From: a bacterium
GTDB taxonomy: Bacteria > Patescibacteriota > Andersenbacteria > UBA10190
Direction of reading: 5' to 3'
DNA: 59,524 nt
NCBI GenBank assembly: GCA_027624555.1
Contig: JAQBWN010000002.1
Span: forward strand, 1 to 59,524
Below are positions 47,335-57,022 of this stretch, one piece after another. Within the stretch, counting starts at the first letter, position 1, and every line of letters starts with the position of its first letter. Position numbers and translations under genes: made by a program. Under the pieces are notes generated by a model. It saw only the letters and a program-made list of their open reading frames with translations. It was not told the origin of the DNA and searched no databases.

Positions 47335-48672
47335 TTATGGAGTTAATCGCTTAACGCCTCGGTACACAAAACTAGCCTCACGGATACTTTCGAGATTAAG
47401 CATCAGCATAACCATTCGGCCAAATCCTATTCCCGCTCCTCCATGAGGAGGACAACCATAGCGGAAAAAATCGAGATAGTGCGCAATAGAATCCTTATTC
47501 ATACCTTTTTCTTTTGCTTGTGCTTCTAACACATCGTGTCGATGTTCCCTCTGGGCGCCTGTTGTAATTTCAAGCCCTTTCCATAACAAGTCAAAACTTA
47601 ACGTGATGTCTTTATCTTCTTCTTTTCTCATATGGTAAAACGGTCGAACACTAGCAGGGTATTCGGTAATAAAAATAAACTCATGACCGTATTTTTCTTT
47701 TGCTATTTCACCAAGAGCACGCTCTTGTTCTGGACTTAAATCTCCACTACGGTCATCTGCAATATTTTTCTTCGCTAACAAAGCCTTTGCTTCAATCATC
47801 GTTAATTGAGGAAACGGTAAGGACGGAACAACCACATCAATGTCATAGCGTTCTTTAATTTCTTTGCCATATGTATCTGCAACACTCTGCAAACCATGTG
47901 CAATTGCCTTTGACCATATATCTATTACATCTTCGTGAGACGTAATAAATGACATTTCAAAATCAAATCCCGTAAATTCCGTCGCATGGCGTGTTGTAAA
48001 AGAAGGTTCGGCACGAAACACCGGGCCAATTTCAAACACGCGCTCAAAGCCGGCTGCCATAGCCATCTGTTTATAAAATTGAGGCGATTGCGCCAAATAC
48101 GCAAAACGGTCAAAATATTTTACCTTAAACACTTCTGCTCCCGATTCACTCGGAGAACTCATGAGCTTGGGTGAATGAATTTGCAGAAACCGCTGCTCAA
48201 TAAAATAATCTCGAAGTGATTGTTCAAGAAGCGTCCAAACTTTAAACACTAATAACTTCTCAGGTTTTCGAAGATCAATCCACCGGTAGTCTAGCCGAAT
48301 TGCTTGGTCTGTTTCATTCCCGCCTCGTTCTACAACGGGAATTGGTAACTCTGGATTTGACGCCGATATTACTTCTAAGGACGTCACTTGAATTTCAAAA
48401 CCACCGGGAGCTTGCTTTGCTTCCACAATTACACCCTCAACGCTTACAACAGATTCTTGGGATATATTTTTTGCAGCAGAAAAAGCAGCTTCATGCTCTG
48501 GAAGCACTACACATTGCACAAGTCCATCAAAGTCACGAAGCACAAGAAAAATAATTTTACTTTGAGCACGCACAACTTGTACCCATCCGGCGAGTTTAAC
48601 GGTTGTGCCTATAAGTGAGGGGCTCAAATCCCCCACCATATGAGTTCTAAATTGATTGGTAGTTGTATGCAC
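47335..48672 (-). CDS. aspS: Aspartate--tRNA ligase, archaeal/non-discriminating type
   Basis: RTH, RWIDLR, YLAQSPQFYKQ, GPVFRAE, YGCPPHGG; start uncertain (GTG 48672, ATG 48690, GTG 48705). Confidence 0.93.
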   Translation of the reverse strand: MHTTTNQFRTHMVGDLSPSLIGTTVKLAGWVQVVRAQSKIIFLVLRDFDGLVQCVVLPEHEAAFSAAKNISQESVVSVEGVIVEAKQAPGGFEIQVTSLEVISASNPELPIPVVERGGNETDQAIRLDYRWIDLRKPEKLLVFKVWTLLEQSLRDYFIEQRFLQIHSPKLMSSPSESGAEVFKVKYFDRFAYLAQSPQFYKQMAMAAGFERVFEIGPVFRAEPSFTTRHATEFTGFDFEMSFITSHEDVIDIWSKAIAHGLQSVADTYGKEIKERYDIDVVVPSLPFPQLTMIEAKALLAKKNIADDRSGDLSPEQERALGEIAKEKYGHEFIFITEYPASVRPFYHMRKEEDKDITLSFDLLWKGLEITTGAQREHRHDVLEAQAKEKGMNKDSIAHYLDFFRYGCPPHGGAGIGFGRMVMLMLNLESIREASFVYRGVKRLTP

Positions 48673-49049
48673 TCCTCTAGAGTACGACATCAGGAGACTA
48701 TGCACAATAACTATTGCGCTTCAGTCTCCCAGGGGTCGTATGCCTGGGATGTTCCCCGCTCCTTCAAAACGGGGTTCATAGAGAAAAAGATCACTGAGTA
48801 CTACCGTAAAGATAATCCACAGATTGCCGTGAAGGCAACGGGTTACTATAAACAAAACAAACAAAAAAAGCAATGAAGCGGCAAAGAGTATTTTTTCGTT
48901 ATGGAAGCAGTAGTCTCCACAACTGCCTTTTTGCTCAAGAGTACGAGAGTACCTACCCCGCCGAAGGCGAGGGGGAACTCCACTACCTGTATTGCTAAAA
49001 GCTTTCCTCTTTACCACTCCGCTGCTTTATTTGGCACTACTCTGGAGTG
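48670..49049 (-). ncRNA. Candidate large structured RNA or aspS leader (5' half possibly 6S-like)
   Basis: Promoter upstream; 22-bp helix 49028-49007/48888-48867 with G-U pairs; the two ends are complementary; many hairpins. Confidence 0.5.
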
Positions 49050-49067
49050 TTTTTAAACGAACTAACT

Positions 49068-49097
49068 AGTATATACCTAAATGGGTAATTATGTCAA
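49068..49097 (-). promoter_or_regulatory. Sigma70-type promoter
   Basis: TTGACA-18 nt-TATACT on the minus strand. Confidence 0.65.
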
Positions 49098-49238
49098 GTC
49101 TATTTTTACGGGGCCGTTTTGTCAGGTCGCGTTGACATATTACTACCGTCATGCTATACATATCTTTGTGTCATTTGGCACAATTGTTATTTACAATTCA
49201 ATCCCCTCCCTAGTTTAGTTCGAAAGGATTTCGGTTGT

Positions 49239-49652
49239 ATGTTCGTTAAACCTCCTATCTGCCATGAGTGTTTTGGTCAAACCTGGGGCACTCAGTTTTT
49301 TGATGCCACGGAGAAAAGAGTACATCTCGAAAGACTTGAATGCATGGCCTGCAAAAGACATGCCACGCATCTTTGGAATGGCGACAGACATCACTACAGA
49401 GGAATTTTCGTTGCACACAAGTACGCGAGAACTCATATTCGCTCTCGTGACGAAGAAGAGGTAATACAAATACTTCTTCAGCCGAATTCTAACTTGTCAT
49501 TATTCGCAACGCAACACACAGAATTAGTTCTGTATCGATTAGTTGCAAGTGAGGGAACATTCCGCTGGGAGGAGATAATTACAGACCCCCCCAGCAACGC
49601 AACCAGTGATTCAGTGCGAGAAGGTTTTTTCGTAAAAGAAAGAGCCTGCTAA
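49239..49652 (+). CDS. Orphan protein with two CxxC motifs (zinc-ribbon-like)
   Basis: TTGACA-17-TATACA promoter at 49132, AAAGGA SD, CHEC...CMAC. Confidence 0.55.
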   Translation: MFVKPPICHECFGQTWGTQFFDATEKRVHLERLECMACKRHATHLWNGDRHHYRGIFVAHKYARTHIRSRDEEEVIQILLQPNSNLSLFATQHTELVLYRLVASEGTFRWEEIITDPPSNATSDSVREGFFVKERAC

Positions 49653-49768
49653 AAAACAAAAAAACCGTAAATTTTGCACATTACCCCCAATACATCAAAT
49701 CGGTGTAGCGGGGGTTTCTTTTTTTATAAGTTGCAATATAAGTCATTTTTACCCATAATACGAAGCAC

Positions 49769-49843
49769 GCGCTCATAGCTCAGTGGTAGAGCAGTGGCCT
49801 TTTAAGCCAACGGTCGGGGGTTCAAATCCCTCTGGGCGCACCA
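49769..49843 (+). tRNA. tRNA-Lys(TTT) with encoded CCA
   Basis: GCGCTCA/TGGGCGC acceptor, TGGC-CT TTT AA-GCCA, GTTCAAAT, ACCA end. Confidence 0.95.
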
Positions 49844-50889
49844 TGAACATTAACCATCATAAATCGGAACTGTATTTTTTGCTCTTTCTTTTACTCGCAA
49901 TATTTATTCTTGCCTTTTATATATTTCAACCGTTTTTGTATTCGCTTATTCTAGCCATTGTTTTTGCGACTGTTTTTGAGCCACTCCATAACAATATACT
50001 TGTGCGCACAAATGGAAGAAAAGGATTAAGTGCATTACTTGCAACAATATGCGTATTACTTGTTGTAATAGTTCCCCTCTCATTCCTCGGCATACAAATT
50101 TTTCGAGAAGCTACAGACGCATATTCGTATTTAGCGGAGAGTAATAATGCATCTGATCTTTCCCACACTATTACTGGAGGCATACAAAGGATCACCGCTA
50201 TTTCTCCGTTCAAGCTAGAATTTAACGTAGATATCAACCAATACGCAAGGCAAGGATTAAACTGGCTATTGCAAAATACCGGTTCATTCTTTTCTAATGC
50301 CGCAAAGGCTTTGATGGGCATATTTATCTTTCTTCTCGCTTTATACTATGTATTCAAAGATGGGCACAAGCTAAAAAGGGCAGTGATTGGACTCAGCCCT
50401 TTGAAAGACATTCACGATGAAACAATTTTTCATAAACTCGCGCTGGCAATTAATTCTGTAACACGGGGAAATCTTACTGTCGCACTTATTCAGGGTTTCG
50501 TCACCGCGCTAGGGTTTATTTTATTTGGCGTTCCCAGTGCAGCGCTTTGGGGTAGCGTTGCAGCTATCGCTGCACTTGTCCCAACCGTAGGAACGGCATT
50601 GGTGACGGTACCTGCTGTTATCTATTTATACGTAAGCGGAACTACGCTACTTGCTGGAGCGCTCCTTATTTGGGGAATAGTTGCAGTGGGGCTTATAGAC
50701 AATTTTGTTGGACCAAAACTGGTTGAACGCGGTACAAAATTACATCCATTTCTTATTCTTTTATCTATACTCGGTGGTATCGGTTTTTTTGGCCCTCTGG
50801 GCTTCTTACTGGGGCCAATTATCTTGAGCCTACTGTTTGCCTTTCTTGAAATTTACGTGGAAATCAGCAAAGAACAAAAGGTAAAATAA
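49843..50889 (+). CDS. AI-2E family transporter
   Basis: P.L.SL.LA..FA..F.P, QG, P.VGT, DN...PKL, HP..ILLS.LGG...FG..G..LGP. Confidence 0.9.
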   Translation: MNINHHKSELYFLLFLLLAIFILAFYIFQPFLYSLILAIVFATVFEPLHNNILVRTNGRKGLSALLATICVLLVVIVPLSFLGIQIFREATDAYSYLAESNNASDLSHTITGGIQRITAISPFKLEFNVDINQYARQGLNWLLQNTGSFFSNAAKALMGIFIFLLALYYVFKDGHKLKRAVIGLSPLKDIHDETIFHKLALAINSVTRGNLTVALIQGFVTALGFILFGVPSAALWGSVAAIAALVPTVGTALVTVPAVIYLYVSGTTLLAGALLIWGIVAVGLIDNFVGPKLVERGTKLHPFLILLSILGGIGFFGPLGFLLGPIILSLLFAFLEIYVEISKEQKVK

Positions 50890-50895
50890 AACCAG

Positions 50896-51540
50896 CTACT
50901 TCGCCTTTGCGTAATCGTCAGTCACCTTAAGAGCTTCCCACTTGTCACCGTTTGAGACCCTTCCAACAACCTGAATCTTCTGGTCGCCATCTCCAAGCTC
51001 ATCCTTTGAAATTTCTGCGCCAGTGCGAGAGTAAAATTTTGTATTCCCTGCATATTGGATAGTAATTCGCTTATCTAAAACTGATGCACTCTTATAGCTA
51101 GAGTACGAAATATCCATCTTCAACGTCTCATTGTTAGTATCGTGTGTACGAAGAACCCCTACTACAGTAAACGAATTATCGTTTACGGTTATTTTGCTTA
51201 CGTTGTATCTTCCCTCAGAACGCTTTGCGCCTTCCATTACCACTTCATACCCGACTGGCACGCCACTTAAAGTCACGCGAACTTTTTTTCCATTTACCCA
51301 TTTGTACACTTTGGCTGCTGATGCATTAAACTCTACTAATTCCCCAGCCAAGTCATCTTTCGCATTCGCTGAAGTGTGCGCGGAAACTACCGTAATGGTT
51401 TTATTAGCTTTATCTACTTCCGTTACATTCCCGCGGACTAAAAATTTATATGACGCACTACTTGCGTATGATCTTGCGGTAAGTGCAACTGCTGCAATTG
51501 CAATAATTACTCCTCCTATCATTAGTAACTTCTTATGCAT
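50896..51540 (-). CDS. Secreted protein with two OB-fold-like repeats (DUF5666-like)
   Basis: Signal peptide; repeated G.V..VD...T.TV / V.V.G beta pattern. Confidence 0.6.
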   Translation of the reverse strand: MHKKLLMIGGVIIAIAAVALTARSYASSASYKFLVRGNVTEVDKANKTITVVSAHTSANAKDDLAGELVEFNASAAKVYKWVNGKKVRVTLSGVPVGYEVVMEGAKRSEGRYNVSKITVNDNSFTVVGVLRTHDTNNETLKMDISYSSYKSASVLDKRITIQYAGNTKFYSRTGAEISKDELGDGDQKIQVVGRVSNGDKWEALKVTDDYAKAK

Positions 51541-51599
51541 ATATGAGATTTAAAAATAAATATGTTAATAACCAATATACCACGAATTTTGATTATAAC

Positions 51600-52700
51600 T
51601 TAGAAAAACATTCCTTTTTTAGGAGCCGCTCGAAACTCCTCAAGCAATTCTTTTTGTTTACGCGATAGTTTTTTTGGTATTTCTACTGCAATTGTTACAA
51701 TATGATCGCCTGTACTTAAGCCCTGCAGTGAAGGAAATCCTTCTCCGAATAATTTAAAATTCGTTCCCGGCTGTGTGCCTGCAGGAATTGTAATAACTTT
51801 ATTTCCATGCAACGTCGTCACTTCTAATTTTGTCCCAAGTATGGCGTCAACAAATGAAATATTTACTCGAGAACGAACATTGTCCGCATCCCGAGCGAGT
51901 ACTTTGTCTGGACGTACGTGCACGTGTACGTACAAATCACCTGGCATTCCGCCCTTTACCGGAGCTTCTCCTTTGCCAGAAAGTCGAATAGACTGCCCAT
52001 CCGCAATACCGGCTGGAATATTCACCGTTAACTTGCGATTGGTTTTTTCTCTCCCGTCGCCACTGCACGTTTCGCAAGCAGTTTCAGCTATCTTCCCTTC
52101 CCCTCGACACGTTTGGCACACCGCACGCTGACTAAACGCCCCAAATGGAGTTTGGTGATTTTTAACCACACTTCCCTGCCCGTTACATGTTTTGCAGTTT
52201 ATAATTGGCGTTCCCGGCTTCGCCCCATTACCATGACACGTCGAACAAACATCAAAAATGCGATGCTCAATAGTCCGCTCTACTCCAGTGGCAGATTCCA
52301 GAAACGAAATTTCAATGTCTGTTTCAATGTCGTGCCCACGCGATCTCCCTCGCCCTGCTTGCCTACTGCGCCCACCTCCAAAAACTGATTCGAATATATC
52401 TCCCATACCGCCCAAATCATCCATGTTTATGGTAAACCCGCCCTGAGAAAACCCGCCGTATGGGTCTCCACCAAAACCACCACTACCTCCGGGTGCTGCG
52501 CTTCCAAATTGGTCATACTGCGCACGTTTTTGTTTGTCGGAAAGCACTTCGTACGCACCGCTCACTTTTTTGAATTCTTCTTCATCACCACCCTTTTTAT
52601 CAGGGTGGTGTTTGTGCGCCTTCTTCCGATACGCCTTTTTTATTTCTTCTTGCGTTGCCGTTTTCTCAACGCCAAGAATTTTGTAGTAGTTATCCGGCAT
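51600..52700 (-). CDS. dnaJ: Molecular chaperone DnaJ
   Basis: HPD J-domain, G/F-rich region, four CxxCxGxG. Confidence 0.98.
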   Translation of the reverse strand: MPDNYYKILGVEKTATQEEIKKAYRKKAHKHHPDKKGGDEEEFKKVSGAYEVLSDKQKRAQYDQFGSAAPGGSGGFGGDPYGGFSQGGFTINMDDLGGMGDIFESVFGGGRSRQAGRGRSRGHDIETDIEISFLESATGVERTIEHRIFDVCSTCHGNGAKPGTPIINCKTCNGQGSVVKNHQTPFGAFSQRAVCQTCRGEGKIAETACETCSGDGREKTNRKLTVNIPAGIADGQSIRLSGKGEAPVKGGMPGDLYVHVHVRPDKVLARDADNVRSRVNISFVDAILGTKLEVTTLHGNKVITIPAGTQPGTNFKLFGEGFPSLQGLSTGDHIVTIAVEIPKKLSRKQKELLEEFRAAPKKGMFF

Positions 52701-52712
52701 ATCGGTTATGGG

Positions 52713-54599
52713 TTATGCGGCTGGTTCTTCTGGCTTTGCGTCTACTACTTCGCCCTCGACAGGTTTTTGTCCCCCCGCTGGTTGCTCCGCAGCTTTAGCA
52801 GCGTCGCTCATTTCTTGCCCAATTTTTTGCGTTTCTACAAGCAGTTCGTCTGTTGCTTTTTTCATAGCTTCTGTGTCCGTGTCGCCAAGCGTTGTTTTTA
52901 GTGCAGCAATTTTATCTTCTACCGCTTTTTTAGTTTCAGGTTTTACTTTATCACCCGCATCTTTCAACGCCTTTTCTGCCATATATGCAGCTTGTTCCCC
53001 TGTGTTCTTAATTTCCACCGCTTCTTTCTTTTTCTTGTCGTCTTCTGCAAACTTTTGCGCATCTTCCTGCATGCGTGCAATTTCTTCTTTTGAAATTCCG
53101 GAAGTTCCTTCAATGCGGATATGCTGTTCTTTTCCGGATGCTTTATCTTTTGCAGACACGTTTAAGATTCCATTCGCATCAATATCAAACGTCACCTCCA
53201 CTTGCGGAACCCCTCGTGGTGCTGGGGGGATACCATCCAATATAAATTTTTTAAGTGACTTGTTATCTTGCGCCATCTCTCGTTCTCCTTGCAGTACGTG
53301 AATTTCAACGGACGTCTGATTATCTGCTGCAGTAGAAAACACTTGAGACTTATTCGTAGGAATTGTGGTGTTTTTATCGATTAGACTAGTTCGAACTCCT
53401 CCGAGGGTTTCAAGTCCAAGCGTAAGTGGAGTTACATCAAGGAGTAAAATATCTTTTACATCTCCCGAGAGAATTCCACCTTGGATAGCCGCTCCTGCCG
53501 CTACCACTTCGTCTGGATTAATTCCTTTGTGGGGCTGCTTTCCGAACATCTTTTCCACTTCATCGTAAATTCTTGGCATTCTTGTCTGACCACCAACAAG
53601 TACTACTTCATTAATATCGCTTACGGTAAGCTTTGCTTCTGCAAGAGCTTCTTTCGTTAACGCAATTGCTTTTTCTATTAAGTCCGCAACAATTTCTTCC
53701 AATTTTGCTCGCGTCATGGTCATCACCAAGTGCTTTGGTCCATCCGCCCCGGTTGTAATAAACGGCTGGTTTATTTCCGTAGTAGCAGAACTTGAAAGTT
53801 CATGCTTTGCACGCTCTGCGGATTCTTTTAGGCGCTGAAGAGCCATCGGGTCTTTTGAAAGATCTATTCCGTCTGTTGATTTAAATTCTTTCACAATCCA
53901 TTCGATAATACGCTGATCAAAATCGTCTCCTCCCAAATGCGTATCGCCATGCGTTCCAAGGACTTCAATTGTATCAGAGCCTACTTCCAAAATAGATACG
54001 TCAAACGTTCCTCCACCCAAATCAAATACTACGATTTTTTCATCCTTCTTTTTATCAAGGCCGTATGCAAGCGCAGCAGCGGTTGGCTCATTAATAATGC
54101 GCAGTACATTCAAGCCGGCAATTGCTCCCGCATCTTTCGTTGCTTTTCGTTGTGAGTCGTCAAAATACGCAGGCACGGTAATTACTGCATCCGCAATAGT
54201 CATTCCAAGTTTTGCCTCTGCATCTGCTTTTAATTTTTGCAAAACCATTGCAGCTATTTCTGCTGGGCGCACCCATTTATCGCCAAATTTAATTTCTACC
54301 CCGCCATCTGCTCCCTTGCGGATTTCATAAGGCAACATTGCCTTTTCTTTCTGCGTTGCAGGGTCGTCAAAATTTCTTCCAATTAAGCGCTTTGCAGAAA
54401 AAATTGTTTGTGCGCTATTTACCACCGCTTGCCTTTTTGCTAGCGTACCAACTAATCTCTCTCCCGCTTTACTCATTGCAACTACGGAAGGAGTTGTGCG
54501 GTTTCCTTCGCTGTTTTCAATAATGGTTGGGGTGCTCCCTTCCATTACTGCCATTGCTGAATTTGTTGTTCCTAAGTCGATTCCTAATGTTTTAGCCAT
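52713..54599 (-). CDS. dnaK: Molecular chaperone DnaK
   Basis: [32 protein letters not shown]. Confidence 0.99.
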   Translation of the reverse strand: MAKTLGIDLGTTNSAMAVMEGSTPTIIENSEGNRTTPSVVAMSKAGERLVGTLAKRQAVVNSAQTIFSAKRLIGRNFDDPATQKEKAMLPYEIRKGADGGVEIKFGDKWVRPAEIAAMVLQKLKADAEAKLGMTIADAVITVPAYFDDSQRKATKDAGAIAGLNVLRIINEPTAAALAYGLDKKKDEKIVVFDLGGGTFDVSILEVGSDTIEVLGTHGDTHLGGDDFDQRIIEWIVKEFKSTDGIDLSKDPMALQRLKESAERAKHELSSSATTEINQPFITTGADGPKHLVMTMTRAKLEEIVADLIEKAIALTKEALAEAKLTVSDINEVVLVGGQTRMPRIYDEVEKMFGKQPHKGINPDEVVAAGAAIQGGILSGDVKDILLLDVTPLTLGLETLGGVRTSLIDKNTTIPTNKSQVFSTAADNQTSVEIHVLQGEREMAQDNKSLKKFILDGIPPAPRGVPQVEVTFDIDANGILNVSAKDKASGKEQHIRIEGTSGISKEEIARMQEDAQKFAEDDKKKKEAVEIKNTGEQAAYMAEKALKDAGDKVKPETKKAVEDKIAALKTTLGDTDTEAMKKATDELLVETQKIGQEMSDAAKAAEQPAGGQKPVEGEVVDAKPEEPAA

Positions 54600-54617
54600 A
54601 ATGTGTAATATTAAATG

Positions 54618-55100
54618 TTAATTATTGAGTTTAGTTTCGTCGCTCCCCTTCCCAACCTTCACCTTCGCCGGTCTCACTGTTATATCTCCTATTTTATACC
54701 CTACTTGTACTACTTCTATTATTTTACCTTCTTCTCCCTCTACTTCTTCTATTGCTTCATGAATTACCGGGTCAAATACTATCCCCGTATCCTGTATCAG
54801 CTCTACTCCAAATTCTTCAAGTATCTGGTCAAACTGCCTGGCTACATGGAGCACTCCTGCTGCCCATGGGTCTTTCGTATCCGGAGCGTGCTCTATTAAG
54901 GATCTGAAGTTATCTGCGAGTACAATGAGTGGCTCTGCAATAGTTCGTTTTAAAATTGCTCTCTCTTGTATCCTTGTGTCGTTCATGCGCTTTTGCACGT
55001 TTTCTAAATCAGCTCTCGCGCGCTTCCAGCCCTCTAAATATTCCTGTTCTTTGCTTTGGATAATCTCCGGTTCTTCTTGTGATGTATCTTGGTTTTTCAT
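54618..55100 (-). CDS. grpE: Nucleotide exchange factor GrpE
   Basis: RARADLEN..KR, FDP..HEA, GY....VRPAKV.V. Confidence 0.95.
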   Translation of the reverse strand: MKNQDTSQEEPEIIQSKEQEYLEGWKRARADLENVQKRMNDTRIQERAILKRTIAEPLIVLADNFRSLIEHAPDTKDPWAAGVLHVARQFDQILEEFGVELIQDTGIVFDPVIHEAIEEVEGEEGKIIEVVQVGYKIGDITVRPAKVKVGKGSDETKLNN

Positions 55101-55804
55101 ATTTGTTCAATTATGGATGAAAGTGCATTGAGTAGCGCTACGTTTCGTTTATACGGCATTCGCTTTGGGCCTGCCAAAAGCAACAGTGCCGCCTCTCCTG
55201 TAGGCAATCTCATTGTTTTTACGATGATGCTTGTGTGTTCTGTTTCAAAAATTGGGTTTTCGCTTCCAATGTATACGGTTACTGCGCGTGATGCAGTATC
55301 GGCAAATTCATGTGCGTACCGTTCAATGTTGTCAAAGAGGAGAGATATTTCTCGCGCTGCTTCTTGGGCTTGGTTTTCATCATCGTCAAATACCTGAGAC
55401 ATGCCCGCACCCTGAATGTCTTTATCGTGCATCCATCCCCCAACTGCCATAGTGTGTGCCATTTCCGCTAACATTTTAGCTGCTGCTCGAGCAGGACGTG
55501 CATATTCTTCTTGATATTCCTTATACGTATCGGTAAGTGCGCGAACTCTTTTTTCGCTTGGCTCTTTAAAGCTCAATTGGTCTATATAATACCGATAGCC
55601 TGTATCGCTAGGAATTCTGCCCGCTGATGTATGTGGTTGTAAAATATATCCTTCGTCTTCTAATAACCGAAGCATGCTCCGAATAGTTGCGGAGCTTACA
55701 GAAACGTCGAGCACATCTAAAAGGCGCTCAGAACCAACTGGTCTGCCGGTTGCAATATATTCTTCTATAAGTCCCTTTAAAAGATGTGCGTGTCTATAGT
55801 CCAT
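55097..55804 (-). CDS. hrcA: Heat-inducible transcription repressor HrcA (short form)
   Basis: YIATGRPVGS, SSATIR, QPHTSAGRIPSD.GYRYY, GPKRMPY. Confidence 0.93.
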   Translation of the reverse strand: MDYRHAHLLKGLIEEYIATGRPVGSERLLDVLDVSVSSATIRSMLRLLEDEGYILQPHTSAGRIPSDTGYRYYIDQLSFKEPSEKRVRALTDTYKEYQEEYARPARAAAKMLAEMAHTMAVGGWMHDKDIQGAGMSQVFDDDENQAQEAAREISLLFDNIERYAHEFADTASRAVTVYIGSENPIFETEHTSIIVKTMRLPTGEAALLLLAGPKRMPYKRNVALLNALSSIIEQI

Positions 55805-55821
55805 ATAGTTACATTTATATA

Positions 55822-55848
55822 TTAGCACTCTAACGCACAGACTGCTAA
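55822..55848. promoter_or_regulatory. CIRCE operator (HrcA site)
   Basis: TTAGCACTC-N9-GACTGCTAA, one mismatch to consensus, directly upstream of hrcA. Confidence 0.92.
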
Positions 55849-55861
55849 TGTCAAGCCACTT

Positions 55862-57022
55862 TTAATTCACGATCGCTTTGAGGACTGCGAGTACTCTAGA
55901 TGCGTTTTTTGGGTTTATAGAAATATCTGTTATGGCAAAACCTACTGGCCCTATACTGGTTGTGTGCCAAGCAGTGCCGCCATCTTCTGAGCGGTACACA
56001 ATGCCATCTGCAGCTATTAATATACGGTTTGAATTCGTCGGACTCACCGCTACTACCATTTGAGAAACTACTTTTGATGCATCAAATGGAAGCTGCAATG
56101 CAACGAAGGTCTTTCCGCCATCTTTTGTAATAACAGCTCCTTTATCTGATCCTAAGAGCAACGCATCTGGAAAACCGGGAATGAACGAAACATCGAGAAT
56201 ATTTCTATCATCTAGAACCACCCCAAAAGGAGACGGCGCAGTGAGCGACTCCGGAACTTTTATAACTTCCGCTACCCCTTCCGTAACGCGAACCAATTTC
56301 TTCTTTTGCGTAACTATGTAGAGTTCATTTGCTTTTGCACTCGATACTTCCATACGGACAATACCCGCATCAGATCTGTCCCCGGTTATAATCTGTGAGG
56401 CGCTACTTAATTCCGTAACTGTTTTCCATACTTGCCCCCCACTGGAGGCACTAAACACCGTTCCATCGTTTGTTCCTGCCCATAACAAATCTTCCGCATC
56501 TGGATCTATCTCAAGAGCAACTATACTTGCGGGCAGCGAAGATCCACCAGAAATAATTTGAAATCGTTTCTTTTGTACCGGAAGCGGGAGAGTAAATACG
56601 TTTTGCCAGCTTTTCCCCGCATCTAAACTCCGCACAACACTCCCCTGCCCATCTGCGTCAATTCCCGCAGCAACTAATATACCATTTTGCATCCGAGCAA
56701 CGTCTAGTGTAGCTGCGAGTGATGTTGGAATCACTTTCCAGGTAGCAGTATCATCTTCTGAAATGACCATGCCATTTGCACCCGCTGCCATAAAAACAAT
56801 ATTTGGATCTTTCAAGGCACGGTGTATTTTACCTAAATCAAATTGTGAAATATCTTCACCAGAAACATCCGTTGCTACAGACTGCTCAAAGCTGGCTCCT
56901 GCACTTGTAGAAAGATACGTACCGCCAGAAATCTCTTGTTGCACTTCGCTCCGAGAACATCCCCCCAATGCAAGCGAGAAGAAGAGAATCGATGGCAATA
57001 CAACTACGCGTATCTTGTTCAT
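55862..57022 (-). CDS. BNR/Asp-box beta-propeller lipoprotein
   Basis: Lipobox-like LGGC; repeated S.D.G.(T/S)W motifs. Confidence 0.8.
   Translation of the reverse strand: MNKIRVVVLPSILFFSLALGGCSRSEVQQEISGGTYLSTSAGASFEQSVATDVSGEDISQFDLGKIHRALKDPNIVFMAAGANGMVISEDDTATWKVIPTSLAATLDVARMQNGILVAAGIDADGQGSVVRSLDAGKSWQNVFTLPLPVQKKRFQIISGGSSLPASIVALEIDPDAEDLLWAGTNDGTVFSASSGGQVWKTVTELSSASQIITGDRSDAGIVRMEVSSAKANELYIVTQKKKLVRVTEGVAEVIKVPESLTAPSPFGVVLDDRNILDVSFIPGFPDALLLGSDKGAVITKDGGKTFVALQLPFDASKVVSQMVVAVSPTNSNRILIAADGIVYRSEDGGTAWHTTSIGPVGFAITDISINPKNASRVLAVLKAIVN

Noticed and set aside
48995..49012. GAGGAAAG (minus strand) as RNase P RNA conserved region I
   Set aside because: It is followed by CTTT rather than TCC, and the other RNase P conserved regions were not found
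48640..49017. ORFs 48721-49017(-) and 48640-48876(+) as real proteins
   Set aside because: No recognisable motifs, and both overlap extensive base-paired structure; not fully excluded
49031..49052. TTGGCACT...GAGTG as a second CIRCE
   Set aside because: Wrong spacing, a poor right arm and no heat-shock gene downstream
52708..53301. Long antisense ORFs opposite dnaK (likewise opposite tkt, xseA, pyrG, cysS and others)
   Set aside because: Shadow ORFs of well-supported genes on the other strand
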